Of a stretch of 64,000 bases of DNA, positions 1 to 10,170 are shown in pieces. A model generated the notes under the pieces. The model saw nothing but the letters and a program-made list of their open reading frames with translations. It searched no databases and was not told the origin of the DNA. The stretch lies in NCBI GenBank assembly GCA_038243445.1, contig JBBSRB010000001.1, positions 9,949-73,948 of the forward strand. Reading direction: 5' to 3'. A program made the translations under genes and the position numbers. This stretch comes from Chitinophagales bacterium. Its GTDB lineage: Bacteria; Bacteroidota; Bacteroidia; Chitinophagales; Chitinophagaceae. Positions within the stretch are counted from its first letter, which is position 1, and every line of letters starts with the position of its first letter.

Positions 1-384
1 GCCCGTAAAGATCAATGGGGCGAGGTGCAGGAATGGATTTGTAACGAATGCCGCTTTGAAAAGAAAAAAGTTGCCGACTGGGTAATAGAAGGACCTACGA
101 AAGTTGCCCGATATTCGGTAATTGGCGCCGGGCACTACACCAATATTGTTACGCCAGAGGAAACCTTTCAAAATGTAATGGATGGCCGTAAACCAAAATT
201 GCTGATGGATATTCATGAAGTAAGTGGCGTAAACAACGTGGACTTAAATAACATAGATGGGCCGGCGACGAACGCAACCTTCAATGGTCAACCTCTTTCT
301 ACCGGTACCAACGTAACAGATGTGAAAGTTGGCAAAGGAAGAAATATGCAAGGAACCGATTCAACAAATCCAGATACACCGTAA
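1..384 (+). CDS. nuoG: NADH-quinone oxidoreductase subunit G, short Bacteroidota type; C-terminal part, 5' truncated by the window edge
   Basis: Frame 1 is open from base 1 (ARKDQWGEVQEWICNECRFEKKK..DWVIEGP) and lies directly upstream of nuoH. Confidence 0.8.
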   Translation, partial: ARKDQWGEVQEWICNECRFEKKKVADWVIEGPTKVARYSVIGAGHYTNIVTPEETFQNVMDGRKPKLLMDIHEVSGVNNVDLNNIDGPATNATFNGQPLSTGTNVTDVKVGKGRNMQGTDSTNPDTP

Positions 385-425
385 AAGACGACGGCTGCCA
401 TTGCAGTTTAAAACTTTGACTTATT

Positions 426-1472
426 ATGTATTTATTACAATTCGATTGGTGGATTTTTTTAGAGAAGTTTATACTAATTGCTGTTATTGTAACCACATCG
501 CTTATTGTGGCCATGTACAGCACGTATGCCGAACGTAAAGTGGCTGCTTTTTTACAAGACCGGCGCGGCCCCAACCGGGCGGGGCCTTTCGGTCTTCTTC
601 AACCGGTGGCAGATGGCGTAAAATTATTTATGAAAGAAGAAATTATACCTACCCTTTCTTCTAAGTTTCTTTTTGTTTTGGGCCCAATGCTGGCAATGAT
701 TACAGCTACCATGACCAGCGCCGTAATTCCCTGGGGCAGCACGATAGATATTGCCGGCCGCGCAGTTCCCTTACAAATTGCCGATATCAACATTGGTGTT
801 TTATACATTTTTGGCGTAGTTAGTTTAGGCGTTTATGGTATTATGATTGGCGGCTGGGCCTCTAACAACAAGTTTTCCTTGCTTGCAGCCGTTCGCGGCG
901 CCTCCCAAATGATTTCGTACGAATTGGCAATGGGGCTTTCGCTGATTGCTGTTTTAATGATTTCCGGATCGTTACGTATGAGCGTTATTGTAAGCGAACA
1001 AATACAGCACGGCTGGAATGTGTGGTATCAGCCCCTGGGTTTTTTAATATTTTTTATTTGTGCCTTGGCCGAATGTAACCGAACTCCGTTTGATTTGCCC
1101 GAAGCGGAAAACGAATTGAACTTTGGTTATCACCAGGAGTATTCTTCCATGAAGCTTGGTTTTTACCTCTTTTCCGAATACATTAATATGTTTATCAGCG
1201 GTGTGCTAATGGCTACGCTTTTCTTTGGTGGCTACGATATTCCATTCGTAAACGAAGCTGCCTGGGGCAATCATTGGTGGGTAGGATTGCTGGGCTTTTT
1301 GATGCTTATGGGTAAAGCATTCTTTTTTATTTTTCTGTTTATGTGGATCCGCTGGACTATTCCGCGTTTCCGGTTCGACCAGCTGATGAACCTGGGCTGG
1401 AAGAAGTTGCTGCCGTTGGCTATTGTAAATATGTTGATTACCGCGGTAGTGGTTTTGTTACTAAATAAATAA
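426..1472 (+). CDS. nuoH: NADH-quinone oxidoreductase subunit H
   Basis: ERKVAAFLQDRRGPNRAGPFGLLQPVADGVKL and AECNRTPFDLPEAENEL motifs; polytopic membrane protein. Confidence 0.97.
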   Translation: MYLLQFDWWIFLEKFILIAVIVTTSLIVAMYSTYAERKVAAFLQDRRGPNRAGPFGLLQPVADGVKLFMKEEIIPTLSSKFLFVLGPMLAMITATMTSAVIPWGSTIDIAGRAVPLQIADINIGVLYIFGVVSLGVYGIMIGGWASNNKFSLLAAVRGASQMISYELAMGLSLIAVLMISGSLRMSVIVSEQIQHGWNVWYQPLGFLIFFICALAECNRTPFDLPEAENELNFGYHQEYSSMKLGFYLFSEYINMFISGVLMATLFFGGYDIPFVNEAAWGNHWWVGLLGFLMLMGKAFFFIFLFMWIRWTIPRFRFDQLMNLGWKKLLPLAIVNMLITAVVVLLLNK

Positions 1473-1507
1473 ACAAATGGTAAGTGAAAAGGCTGGTGTA
1501 AAACGGC

Positions 1508-1515
1508 TAATTTTG
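1508..1515 (+). promoter_or_regulatory. Bacteroidota -7 promoter element (TAnnTTTG) upstream of the MNT pseudogene
   Basis: TAATTTTG ends 7 nt before the ATG at 1523; no clear -33 element. Confidence 0.4.
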
Positions 1516-1522
1516 CGCCTGC

Positions 1523-1826
1523 ATGATGTTTACCACGCAACAAAAACAAAAGGTAGTGTGGCATTATTGTAAAGAGAAACCGGTGAAGAAAGTGTATTTG
1601 TTTGGCTCTTACACACGCGGCGAAGCAGAAGAAAACAACGATGTGGATTTGTTGGTTGATTTAGAAAACGGAAAAGCAAAAGGGTGGCAATTCTTTGTTT
1701 GGTTTTATGAACTTGAAAAAACTTTTTCAAAAAAAAGATGTTGTTTCAAACGTTTTCAAACCAAAGCACACGAGCAATTGGAGGCTAATTGAAAGAATAA
1801 ATAGCGACAAAGTTCTAATCTTATGA
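1523..1826 (+). pseudogene. Minimal nucleotidyltransferase (MNT) antitoxin, frameshifted
   Basis: VYLFGSYTRGEAEENNDVDLLVD matches the GS-x10-DxD MNT motif. After the A-run near 1729-1737 the natural C-terminus (DVVS...RINSDKVLIL*) continues in another frame to TGA 1824-1826. Confidence 0.85.
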
Positions 1827-2103
1827 AAAAGCATGATTTCTATGATGCGGATTGGCTGAAGCTAAAGTTTTGAAAAGGGCAGTAGTGAGAGAGTAAGAAA
1901 TGACAGCAGAAGCTGCTAATTCAATTTCGTTTGAAATGAGACAGCGGTATCCTGAAGTTTAATGGAAAAAGATAATTGCAACGCACAACAGAATTATCTA
2001 CAAATACTTTCATGTAAGTTTTGTTGTGGTTTAGGAAATAATTAAAAATGAATTAACCGTTCTGGAGAAATAGGTAATTCAAATATTGAATGAGGTAAAG
2101 TAA
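1823..2103 (+). pseudogene. HEPN/DUF86 (HepT-like) RNase toxin remnant
   Basis: ATGA overlap with the MNT stop. Frame 1 reads LKRAVVRE*EMTAEAANSISFEMRQRYPEV*WKKIIATHNRIIYKYFHVSFVVV*EIIKNELTVLEK*VIQILNEVK*, a DUF86 pattern with 4 internal stops, a frameshift and a short N-terminus. Confidence 0.85.
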
Positions 2104-2652
2104 ATGCAAGCACTAACAAATAGAAATAAAGAGGTAGATCGGGCGCCTATGACGTGGCTGGAGCGAATTTACCTCTGGAACATTGCAAAAGGCATGGCTA
2201 TCACGTTTAGCCACATGTTCAAAAAAAAGCCTACCATAAACTACCCCGAACAAAAACGTAGCTTTTCAGACGTATTTAGAGGCGTGCAAATCTTAAACAG
2301 AGACGAAGAAGGGCGGGAGCGTTGCACAGCCTGCGGCTTGTGCGCTGTGGCTTGCCCGGCAGAAGCCATAACTATGGAAGCTGCAGAGCGCCAGCCGGGC
2401 GAAGAGCATCTATATCGTGAAGAAAAATACGCGGCAAAATATGAAATTAATATGCTTCGGTGCATTTTCTGCGGCCTGTGCGAAGAAGCTTGTCCTAAAG
2501 ACGCTGTGTATTTAACAAAAACATTTGCTCCGGCCAACTACGCCCGCGAAGGATTTATTTATGGAAAAGATGATCTGTTAATTCCGAACCCGGTAACAGA
2601 GCCAGAAGCTTATGCAGAGGCAAAAGGATCAATTGGTAAAGAAATAAAATAG
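2104..2652 (+). CDS. nuoI: NADH-quinone oxidoreductase subunit I
   Basis: Two 4Fe-4S motifs, CTACGLCAVACP and CIFCGLCEEACP. Confidence 0.97.
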   Translation: MQALTNRNKEVDRAPMTWLERIYLWNIAKGMAITFSHMFKKKPTINYPEQKRSFSDVFRGVQILNRDEEGRERCTACGLCAVACPAEAITMEAAERQPGEEHLYREEKYAAKYEINMLRCIFCGLCEEACPKDAVYLTKTFAPANYAREGFIYGKDDLLIPNPVTEPEAYAEAKGSIGKEIK

Positions 2653-2665
2653 GAAGACAACCGGC

Positions 2666-3160
2666 ATGGGAATAACACAAATACTTTTTTGGATACTGGC
2701 TATTTTTACCTTGTTTAGTGCGCTAATGGTGATTACCAGTAAAAACCCGGTGTATAGCGTGCTGTGGCTTATTATTACCTTTTTCACTATATCGGGCCAT
2801 TATATTTTATTAAACGCCCAGTTTTTGGCGGTGGTAAATATCATTGTTTATGCAGGCGCCATTATGGTGCTTTTTCTGTTTGTACTAATGTTAATGAACC
2901 TGGCAAAAGATAACGAGCCACAAAAAAGCAAATGGCTTAAACTGGCGGGCGCTCTTGCCGGCGGATCATTATTGCTGGTAATGGTGGCTGCGCTAAAAGG
3001 CACCGAGCAGCAAATGACCGAACTGGGAACGGGCAACATAGGACTGATAGAAAATTTAGGACAGGTGTTGTTTACTCAATACGTGGTTCCGTTTGAAATA
3101 AGCAGCATATTATTTTTAAGCGCAATGGTAGGCGCCGTAATTATTGGTAAAAAAGAATAA
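2666..3160 (+). CDS. nuoJ: NADH-quinone oxidoreductase subunit J
   Basis: NPVYSVLWL, IIVYAGAIMVLFLFVLML and FEISSILFLSAMVGA; operon position. Confidence 0.95.
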   Translation: MGITQILFWILAIFTLFSALMVITSKNPVYSVLWLIITFFTISGHYILLNAQFLAVVNIIVYAGAIMVLFLFVLMLMNLAKDNEPQKSKWLKLAGALAGGSLLLVMVAALKGTEQQMTELGTGNIGLIENLGQVLFTQYVVPFEISSILFLSAMVGAVIIGKKE

Positions 3161-3221
3161 ACAAATTTGATCATTGGCAATTAGCTAATTGAGCTAATTA
3201 GTCCATCAGCTAATCAGCATT

Positions 3222-3551
3222 ATGAACGTACAGTATTACATTTTTCTTTCCGTAGCCTTATTTGTAATAGGTATTGTGGGCGTGCTTACCCGCCGTAACG
3301 CCATTATTGTTTTTATGTGTATAGAGTTGATGTTAAATGCGGTAAACCTTTTACTGGTGGCTTTTTCGAAAATGCACCACCTGGCCAACAGCGCAAAAGA
3401 CATTACGGCCGGCACCGACGGACAGTTGTTTGTATTCTTTATAATGGTAGTTGCCGCCGCTGAAGTAAGCGTTGGGCTGGCCATTATTGTTATGCTTTAC
3501 CGAAACACGCAATCCATAGATATAAACTTTTTAAACAGGCTGAAACACTAA
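3222..3551 (+). CDS. nuoK: NADH-quinone oxidoreductase subunit K
   Basis: [12 protein letters not shown] and [12 protein letters not shown] motifs. Confidence 0.96.
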   Translation: MNVQYYIFLSVALFVIGIVGVLTRRNAIIVFMCIELMLNAVNLLLVAFSKMHHLANSAKDITAGTDGQLFVFFIMVVAAAEVSVGLAIIVMLYRNTQSIDINFLNRLKH

Positions 3552-3595
3552 AGCTTTCCACTGTCTTTTTAGGAAAGCTTTAATGAGGACTCTTT

Positions 3596-5488
3596 ATGAA
3601 AAATTTGATTTTTTTAATTCCGCTTTTGCCGCTTATTGGTTTTCTTGTAAACGGGCTGGGCCGAAAAACATTACCAAAAGGGGTCGTTTCCTTAATTGGC
3701 TGCGGCGTTGTGCTGGGTTCTTTTCTTATTAGCTTGATGATTTTTTTGCAAGGCAGCTACTCCGCTACCCCTTTTAAATATTTCGATTTCATTAATGTTG
3801 GTGATCTAAAAATTCCATTTTCTTTCCAGGTAGATCAGTTATCTACTTTATTTATATTGATTATAACCGGCGTAGGGTTTTTAATACACATGTACTCTAC
3901 CGCTTATATGCACGAAGAAAAGCGGGAACATTACGGCCGTTATTTTGCCTACCTCAATCTTTTTATTTTTTCGATGCTGCTGCTGGTAATGGGCGGCAAT
4001 TTCTTAATTATGTTTATTGGTTGGGAAGGCGTTGGTCTTTGCTCTTATCTTTTAATTGGTTATTGGTTTAAACATATTGATTATACAAAAGCTGCCAAAA
4101 AGGCCTTTGTAATGAACCGCATTGGAGATTTTGGTTTTTTGCTGGCTATTTTTTGGATTGTTCAACAATGGGGAACGCTTTCCTTTTACGATTTGTTTAA
4201 TGCCGAAACAGGAAAAGTAGCAATAATGTCGGCACAAAACACAACGGCTGTAATTGGCATTACGCTGCTGCTTTTTGTAGGTGCTGCGGGTAAAAGCGCT
4301 CAAATTCCCTTATACACCTGGTTGCCCGACGCCATGGCCGGACCCACGCCGGTATCGGCCTTAATACATGCTGCAACTATGGTTACCGCAGGTATTTATA
4401 TGATTGCCCGCAGCAACGTGCTTTACAACCTGGCCCCGTTTACCCTTACTATTATTGCTATAATTGGTGCAGCTACAGCTTTGTTGGCAGCAACCATTGC
4501 TTTAAAGCAAAACGATATTAAAAAAGTACTGGCTTATTCAACGGTCAGCCAGTTGGGTTATATGTTTTTAGCGCTGGGCAGCGGTGCTTATGTAGCTGCC
4601 ATTTTTCATGTTATGACCCATGCCTTTTTTAAAGCATTATTATTTCTTGGCTCCGGCTCTGTTATACATGCAATGAGCGGCCAGCAGGACATACGTTTTA
4701 TGGGCGGCTTAAAATCTAAGCTAAAAATTACCTACGCCACTTTTGTAATTGGTTGCCTGGCCATTGCAGGCATTCCACCCCTTTCGGGCTTCTTTTCTAA
4801 AGATGCTGTTTTGCTGGCGGCTTTTGAACACAATACTTTTTTATACATTGTAGCATTGATTACAGCGGCTTTAACTGCTTTCTATATGTTCCGTTTGCTG
4901 TTCATCACCTTTCATGGTTCTTTCCGGGGTACAGAAGAGCAAAAACACCATGTGCACGAAAGCCCTGCTGCCATGACAATTCCTTTAATTGTGCTTGCTG
5001 TGCTATCCATTGTAGGCGGTTTCGTAGGCGTGCCCGAAGCATTTATACAAGGTGGCGAAAAGCTAACCCGGTTTTTACAACCGGTTGTGCCCGCATTTGC
5101 CCATCATATTTCGCACAGCACCGAATACCTGTTAATGTTGGTAACTGCGGTTATTTCTATTATAGCCATTGTTATTGCCTGGATGCGGTACCGAACTTAT
5201 AAGGAAGAAAAATCTACCCCTTTTGGAAAGGTTTTGGCCAATAATTGGTATGTAGATGAAGTGTACAACAGTGCTATTGTAAAGCCGCTGAACAAATTTG
5301 GTTCCTTTGCAAACACCTACTTTGAGCGAAGCGGAATTGATGCTTTGGTAAACGGCGTAGGACGGATGGTGAACTATGGAAGCCGCCAACTGCGTTGGCT
5401 GCAAAGTGGGCAAATTGGTAGTTATATATTATTGATGGTAATTAGCATGGTATTGCTGTTTGTGCTTCAGTTTTTTTTACGAAGTTAA
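3596..5488 (+). CDS. nuoL: NADH-quinone oxidoreductase subunit L
   Basis: GWEGVGLCSYLLIG, GKSAQIPLYTWLPDAMAGPTPVSALIHAATMV, KKVLAYSTVSQLG. Confidence 0.97.
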   Translation: MKNLIFLIPLLPLIGFLVNGLGRKTLPKGVVSLIGCGVVLGSFLISLMIFLQGSYSATPFKYFDFINVGDLKIPFSFQVDQLSTLFILIITGVGFLIHMYSTAYMHEEKREHYGRYFAYLNLFIFSMLLLVMGGNFLIMFIGWEGVGLCSYLLIGYWFKHIDYTKAAKKAFVMNRIGDFGFLLAIFWIVQQWGTLSFYDLFNAETGKVAIMSAQNTTAVIGITLLLFVGAAGKSAQIPLYTWLPDAMAGPTPVSALIHAATMVTAGIYMIARSNVLYNLAPFTLTIIAIIGAATALLAATIALKQNDIKKVLAYSTVSQLGYMFLALGSGAYVAAIFHVMTHAFFKALLFLGSGSVIHAMSGQQDIRFMGGLKSKLKITYATFVIGCLAIAGIPPLSGFFSKDAVLLAAFEHNTFLYIVALITAALTAFYMFRLLFITFHGSFRGTEEQKHHVHESPAAMTIPLIVLAVLSIVGGFVGVPEAFIQGGEKLTRFLQPVVPAFAHHISHSTEYLLMLVTAVISIIAIVIAWMRYRTYKEEKSTPFGKVLANNWYVDEVYNSAIVKPLNKFGSFANTYFERSGIDALVNGVGRMVNYGSRQLRWLQSGQIGSYILLMVISMVLLFVLQFFLRS

Positions 5489-5578
5489 ATGGCTGATATT
5501 GGCCGGTGAAACGTTTAAAAAACCATCCGGCCTATAAAAAAATAATTACCAAAGGCCTCTTAAATTGGATTTAGAAAC

Positions 5579-7054
5579 ATGATTGTTTTATTGTTACTGT
5601 TACTTCCTTTAGTCGGCGGGCTGGTTGCTTTCTTTTTAAAAGAAGGAAACAGCGCCCGTGGCTGGTCGTTGGCTATAGCCCTTGCAACTTTAGCGGTATC
5701 TGTTGTTGGAATAATTGGTGCAAAAGGCAGCGAAAACCTGTTTTTTTCTGCGCCGTGGATGGGTAATTTAGGCACCCGGTTCAGCATTGCTTTAGATGGT
5801 ATGTCGCAAATTTTATGTTTGTTGATGGCTGTTTCTTATCCTTTAATTTTTCTTTCCACTTGGAAATCGAACTACTCTAAACCAGCCAATTTTTTCGGCT
5901 TAATGTTGTTGGCACAGGCCGGCATGATAGGCGTGTTTATAGCAACTGATGCCCTCCTCTTTTATTTCTTTTGGGAGCTTGCACTGATACCTGTTTATTT
6001 TCTTTGTTCCGGATGGGGCGGCGAGCGTCGCATTCCGGTTACGTTTAAATTTTTTATTTACACGTTTACGGCATCTTTATTAATGCTGCTTGGGCTGTTG
6101 TACCTCTATTTTCAAACGCCCGACCGCTCTTTTGCGCTGGAAGCTTTTTACGCATTGAAGTTGCCAAACGAAACGCAGCTTTGGGTGTTTTGGTTGTTGT
6201 TTATTGCCTTTGCAGTAAAAATGCCGGTGTTTCCATTTCATACCTGGCAGCCCGATACCTACGAGCAATCGCCAACAGCAGTAACTATGGTATTAAGTGG
6301 GCTAATGGTTAAAATGGGTGTTTATGGTGTTATTCGATGGGTGCTTCCGGTGGTTCCCGTTGCTTCTTATCAGTGGGGCGATGTGGTAATGAGTATGGCC
6401 GTTATTGGTATTGTGTACGCATCTGTTTTAGCCATGCAGCAAAACGATTTAAAACGTCTCGTTGCCTATTCATCTATTGCGCACGTAGGTTTAATGGCAG
6501 CAGCCATTTTCGCCGAAACAAAAACCGGACTTCAGGGCGTGCTAATGCAGATGTTTAATCATGGTGTAAACATTATTGGGCTTTGGATTGTGGTGGAATT
6601 AATAGAACGTCAGTTCAAAACCCGAAAGCTATCGGAACTTGGCGGGGTAGCCCAAAAGGCGCCGGGACTAACAATTTTATTGGTGATTTTAGCGCTTGCA
6701 AATGTTTCCCTTCCGCTCACCAATTCATTTGTAGGAGAATTTTTAATGTTTAACGGCATATTTAATTCTACTGCTACAAAATACAGTGCGCTGTTTTCGG
6801 CGGTGGCGCTGATTAGCATTATTTTGTCGGCGGTATATACATTGGGCATGATACAGAAAATTTTTTACGGACCTACAAATTCTATTACAGAAAATACGCA
6901 TGATATTTTCACTAACGAGCGCGTGGCTTTGGGTGTAATTGTTTTGCTGATTGTAACCTTTGGCGTGTATCCGCAACCGCTGTTAAACCTGACCAGTGAT
7001 TTTGTTGACGTTCTTTTAAAACAGGCAAGTGTTGCCAACCTGATGGTAAAATAA
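5579..7054 (+). CDS. nuoM: NADH-quinone oxidoreductase subunit M
   Basis: FYFFWELALIP, AFAVKMPVFPFHTWQPD, LKRLVAYSSIAH. Confidence 0.97.
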   Translation: MIVLLLLLLPLVGGLVAFFLKEGNSARGWSLAIALATLAVSVVGIIGAKGSENLFFSAPWMGNLGTRFSIALDGMSQILCLLMAVSYPLIFLSTWKSNYSKPANFFGLMLLAQAGMIGVFIATDALLFYFFWELALIPVYFLCSGWGGERRIPVTFKFFIYTFTASLLMLLGLLYLYFQTPDRSFALEAFYALKLPNETQLWVFWLLFIAFAVKMPVFPFHTWQPDTYEQSPTAVTMVLSGLMVKMGVYGVIRWVLPVVPVASYQWGDVVMSMAVIGIVYASVLAMQQNDLKRLVAYSSIAHVGLMAAAIFAETKTGLQGVLMQMFNHGVNIIGLWIVVELIERQFKTRKLSELGGVAQKAPGLTILLVILALANVSLPLTNSFVGEFLMFNGIFNSTATKYSALFSAVALISIILSAVYTLGMIQKIFYGPTNSITENTHDIFTNERVALGVIVLLIVTFGVYPQPLLNLTSDFVDVLLKQASVANLMVK

Positions 7055-7055
7055 T

Positions 7056-8426
7056 ATGAACACATTAATTTTTACAGCTTTATCGGGCGTGCTTATGATG
7101 TTTAGCGCCTTTTTATTAAAAAGCAAAACGGCAGTACGCCTGCTGGCGCATGTTTTACTGGCAGCCATTATTATTATCAACTTGCTGGAGTTAAGAGATG
7201 TACGCCTGTTGAATATTAATGTTGAGGGAATGATGCAGTTCGACCGGTTTTCTTTGCTGTTTACCCTTGTTGCCAATGTTTGTACGTTTGCTTTTTTCGC
7301 GCTTTCTTCAAAAGATATGGAAAAGGTTGGTGTGCACTACAGCGATTATTTTGCACTTCTTTTTTTTATTTTAAGCGGTGTTGTGCTTGTGGCTTCGTTC
7401 ACGTCTTTGCTTATTCTATTTTTAGGTATTGAAATTATTTCTATCCCACTTTATATTCTTACGGGCAGCGATAAACGTAATTTAAAAAGCAACGAAGCGT
7501 CCCTCAAGTACTTTTTAATGGGGTCCTTTTCAACCGGTTTAATGCTGATGGGTATAGCTTTGGTGTACGGCGCTACAGGCACTTTTAACACTACGCTTAT
7601 GACGTCAGGTTCCAATGGCCCTTCGGTGTTGTTTCTTAGCGGTTTACTGATGTTGTTGTTTTCTATGTCGTTTAAAGTGTCGGCTGCACCTTTTCATTTT
7701 TGGACACCCGATGTATATGATGGGGCGCCAACCGTGTTTACTTCTTTTATGGCCACCATTGTAAAAGTTGCGGGCTTCATTGCTTTTATGCGGCTGTTTA
7801 GTCAGGCTTTTGGCGACATAAGAGCCGAGTGGCAATTGTTGGTAGCAATAGTAGTTGCGCTTACCCTTTTTATAGGAAATATCACGGCCGTTTTTCAGCA
7901 AAGCGTAAAGCGTATGCTGGCTTATTCCAGTATTTCGCAGGCTGGCTTTATGATGCTGGCTGTGTACTCTGTAAGTGCCGATGCACGCGAGGGAATAATT
8001 TTATATGCGGCCGCTTACTCGTTGGCAACCATTGGCATTTTTGCTGTATTAATAAAAATGAACGACTATTCTTTTGATGGCTTTAACGGTTTTGCAAAGC
8101 AGCAACCTTTAGTTGCAGTAACGCTCGTTATCTTTTTATTATCGCTTGCCGGTATTCCATTAACCGCCGGTTTTCTTTCAAAATTTTATATGCTAAAAGC
8201 CACTATTGATGCAGGCAGCATGTCCTTATCCATATTTGCTGTGTTGATGGCTGCCGTTAGTGCATATTATTACTTCAGGTTAATACAGGCTATGTATTTT
8301 AAAGATGGAGTGATGGAGCCCATAGAAATAAGCAGCGGTTTTAAGTACACGTTAATTACCATTGCGGCTATTACTGTTCTCCTTGGTATTTTCCCGGGGC
8401 TGCTTACCCACTGGTTGTATTTTTAA
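7056..8426 (+). CDS. nuoN: NADH-quinone oxidoreductase subunit N
   Basis: EASLKYFLMG, FKVSAAPFHFWTPDVYDGAP, KRMLAYSSISQAG. Confidence 0.97.
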   Translation: MNTLIFTALSGVLMMFSAFLLKSKTAVRLLAHVLLAAIIIINLLELRDVRLLNINVEGMMQFDRFSLLFTLVANVCTFAFFALSSKDMEKVGVHYSDYFALLFFILSGVVLVASFTSLLILFLGIEIISIPLYILTGSDKRNLKSNEASLKYFLMGSFSTGLMLMGIALVYGATGTFNTTLMTSGSNGPSVLFLSGLLMLLFSMSFKVSAAPFHFWTPDVYDGAPTVFTSFMATIVKVAGFIAFMRLFSQAFGDIRAEWQLLVAIVVALTLFIGNITAVFQQSVKRMLAYSSISQAGFMMLAVYSVSADAREGIILYAAAYSLATIGIFAVLIKMNDYSFDGFNGFAKQQPLVAVTLVIFLLSLAGIPLTAGFLSKFYMLKATIDAGSMSLSIFAVLMAAVSAYYYFRLIQAMYFKDGVMEPIEISSGFKYTLITIAAITVLLGIFPGLLTHWLYF

Positions 8427-8491
8427 GTGCTTGCCTTTTATAAATAATTTGATTTAGTGTACGCAAGGTTTAGTATTTTGTTCTCTCATAC

Positions 8492-9766
8492 ATGAATACT
8501 TCCGATATATTTTCCCTTGCTTCCCGCACTGTTCGCGGCAACAAGCTGCGCACAGCCATTACAGTAGCTATTATAGCTTTTGGTATTATGGCGCTTATTG
8601 GCATTATTACCGCCATACAGGCTATGAGTCAAAAATTTACGGAGAGTTTTTCTACCATGGGCGCCAATGGTTTTACAATTCGCTACAAGGAACGCAACTT
8701 CAGCATTGGCAATAATACTTCGGAATTAAAAGTATCAAAAAAGGGTGCTAAGAAAGAAAAAAAGTCAAGCTTAGGCAAGCCGTTGTTAATAGATGAAGCA
8801 GAATCGTTTGTAAAGCAATATCGTTTCCCCGCCCGCGTGGGGATTTCCGTTTCTGCTACGCGAGCCGCCATAATTAACTTCGGTTCTAAAAAAACATCAC
8901 CTAATGTTTCCTTATTTGGGGGCGATGAAAATTATCTTTTGTTAAACGGGCTAAGCCTGGAAGCGGGAAGAAATTTCACGCGACAGGAAATTCAGTCTTC
9001 AACCAACGTATGCCTTCTGGGGTACGATGTAGCCCAAAAGTTATTTAAGAACAATCCCGAAAAAGCTGTGAACAATGTAGTGCGCGTTAACGGTGCACCT
9101 TACCGCGTTATTGGCGTTTTGGAAAGCCGGGGATCTTCGTTTGGTTTTAGTCGCGATAATGTGGCCATTACAGGTTACCGGAATATTAAACGAAATTTTA
9201 ATTCAGGGGCTTCTTTTGTTATTGGCGTGATGGCTGATGATATTAACCAGGTAGAGGAAGGCATGGGTGAGGCCGAAGGCGTATTTCGGTCGATACGAAA
9301 AATAAACACAACAGAAGAAAGCAACTTTGCACTTGACCGCAGCGACAGCGTTGCCGAAAAGGCAATGAACAGCCTTGGGTTTTTAACAGGCGCGGCTACT
9401 GTAATTGGGCTTATTACGTTAATTGGTGCCGCTATCGGGTTAATGAATATTATGCTTGTTTCGGTTACCGAACGAACAAAAGAAGTAGGCTTAATAAAAG
9501 CCATTGGAGGAAAAAGCAAAACGGTACGTCAGCAATTTTTAATGGAGGCTATCATTATCAGCATTCTTGGTGCGGTCATTGGAATAATTTTAGGGATATT
9601 GGTAGGAAATTTATTTTCGATGCTTTTGGGTACAGGCTTTGTGGTGCCCTGGGATTGGGTGGGTTATGGCATTTTAATCTGTACCGTTGTTGGCCTGCTG
9701 GCGGGCTCGTACCCCGCATGGAAAGCGGGCAAACTAAATCCTATAGAAGCCCTTCGGTACGAGTAG
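8492..9766 (+). CDS. ABC transporter permease, MacB/FtsX family
   Basis: N-terminal TM, periplasmic domain, IGLMNIMLVSVTERTKEVGLIKAIG and terminal LNPIEALRYE. Confidence 0.9.
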   Translation: MNTSDIFSLASRTVRGNKLRTAITVAIIAFGIMALIGIITAIQAMSQKFTESFSTMGANGFTIRYKERNFSIGNNTSELKVSKKGAKKEKKSSLGKPLLIDEAESFVKQYRFPARVGISVSATRAAIINFGSKKTSPNVSLFGGDENYLLLNGLSLEAGRNFTRQEIQSSTNVCLLGYDVAQKLFKNNPEKAVNNVVRVNGAPYRVIGVLESRGSSFGFSRDNVAITGYRNIKRNFNSGASFVIGVMADDINQVEEGMGEAEGVFRSIRKINTTEESNFALDRSDSVAEKAMNSLGFLTGAATVIGLITLIGAAIGLMNIMLVSVTERTKEVGLIKAIGGKSKTVRQQFLMEAIIISILGAVIGIILGILVGNLFSMLLGTGFVVPWDWVGYGILICTVVGLLAGSYPAWKAGKLNPIEALRYE

Positions 9767-10170
9767 CTAGCAGGTAATAATTCCCCACCCTTTTGCCACC
9801 CTTTACTTTGTTCTAACAAAAAAAAATTGTAGTTGTGCTGCCAAAAAACCTTTCAAAAAGGGGTAGGACAGCTTTAAATAAAATAGCAAAACCCTTTCAT
9901 GCAGCGGAGCAGCAAAAGCATTTTTTAATAATTTTCTTCTTCATTAAGTTTTCTTTCGCCAAGCAAGTGTATCTTTCAATCTTAATAATTGATTAACAAA
10001 TAAAACAAGTAGAAAAAAAAGCGAATCTTTTTTAAACTTCACGTATAAAAAGTAACAGTTCTAAAAAAAAAAAACATTGCAACAAACATTGAATGCTTTT
10101 TTTCAGTAGAATTGTAATCTCTTAAATAAGCTCACATTCTTAAAATCAAAAACAACTAAAAATTACGATC

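Noticed and set aside
3180-3216. AGCTAAT short repeats between nuoJ and nuoK
   Set aside because: Low-complexity intergenic filler, too short to assign a function.
5501-5532. GGCCGG...CCGGCC hairpin between nuoL and nuoM
   Set aside because: Only a 6-bp stem with a long loop and no U tract; cannot be supported as a terminator or element.
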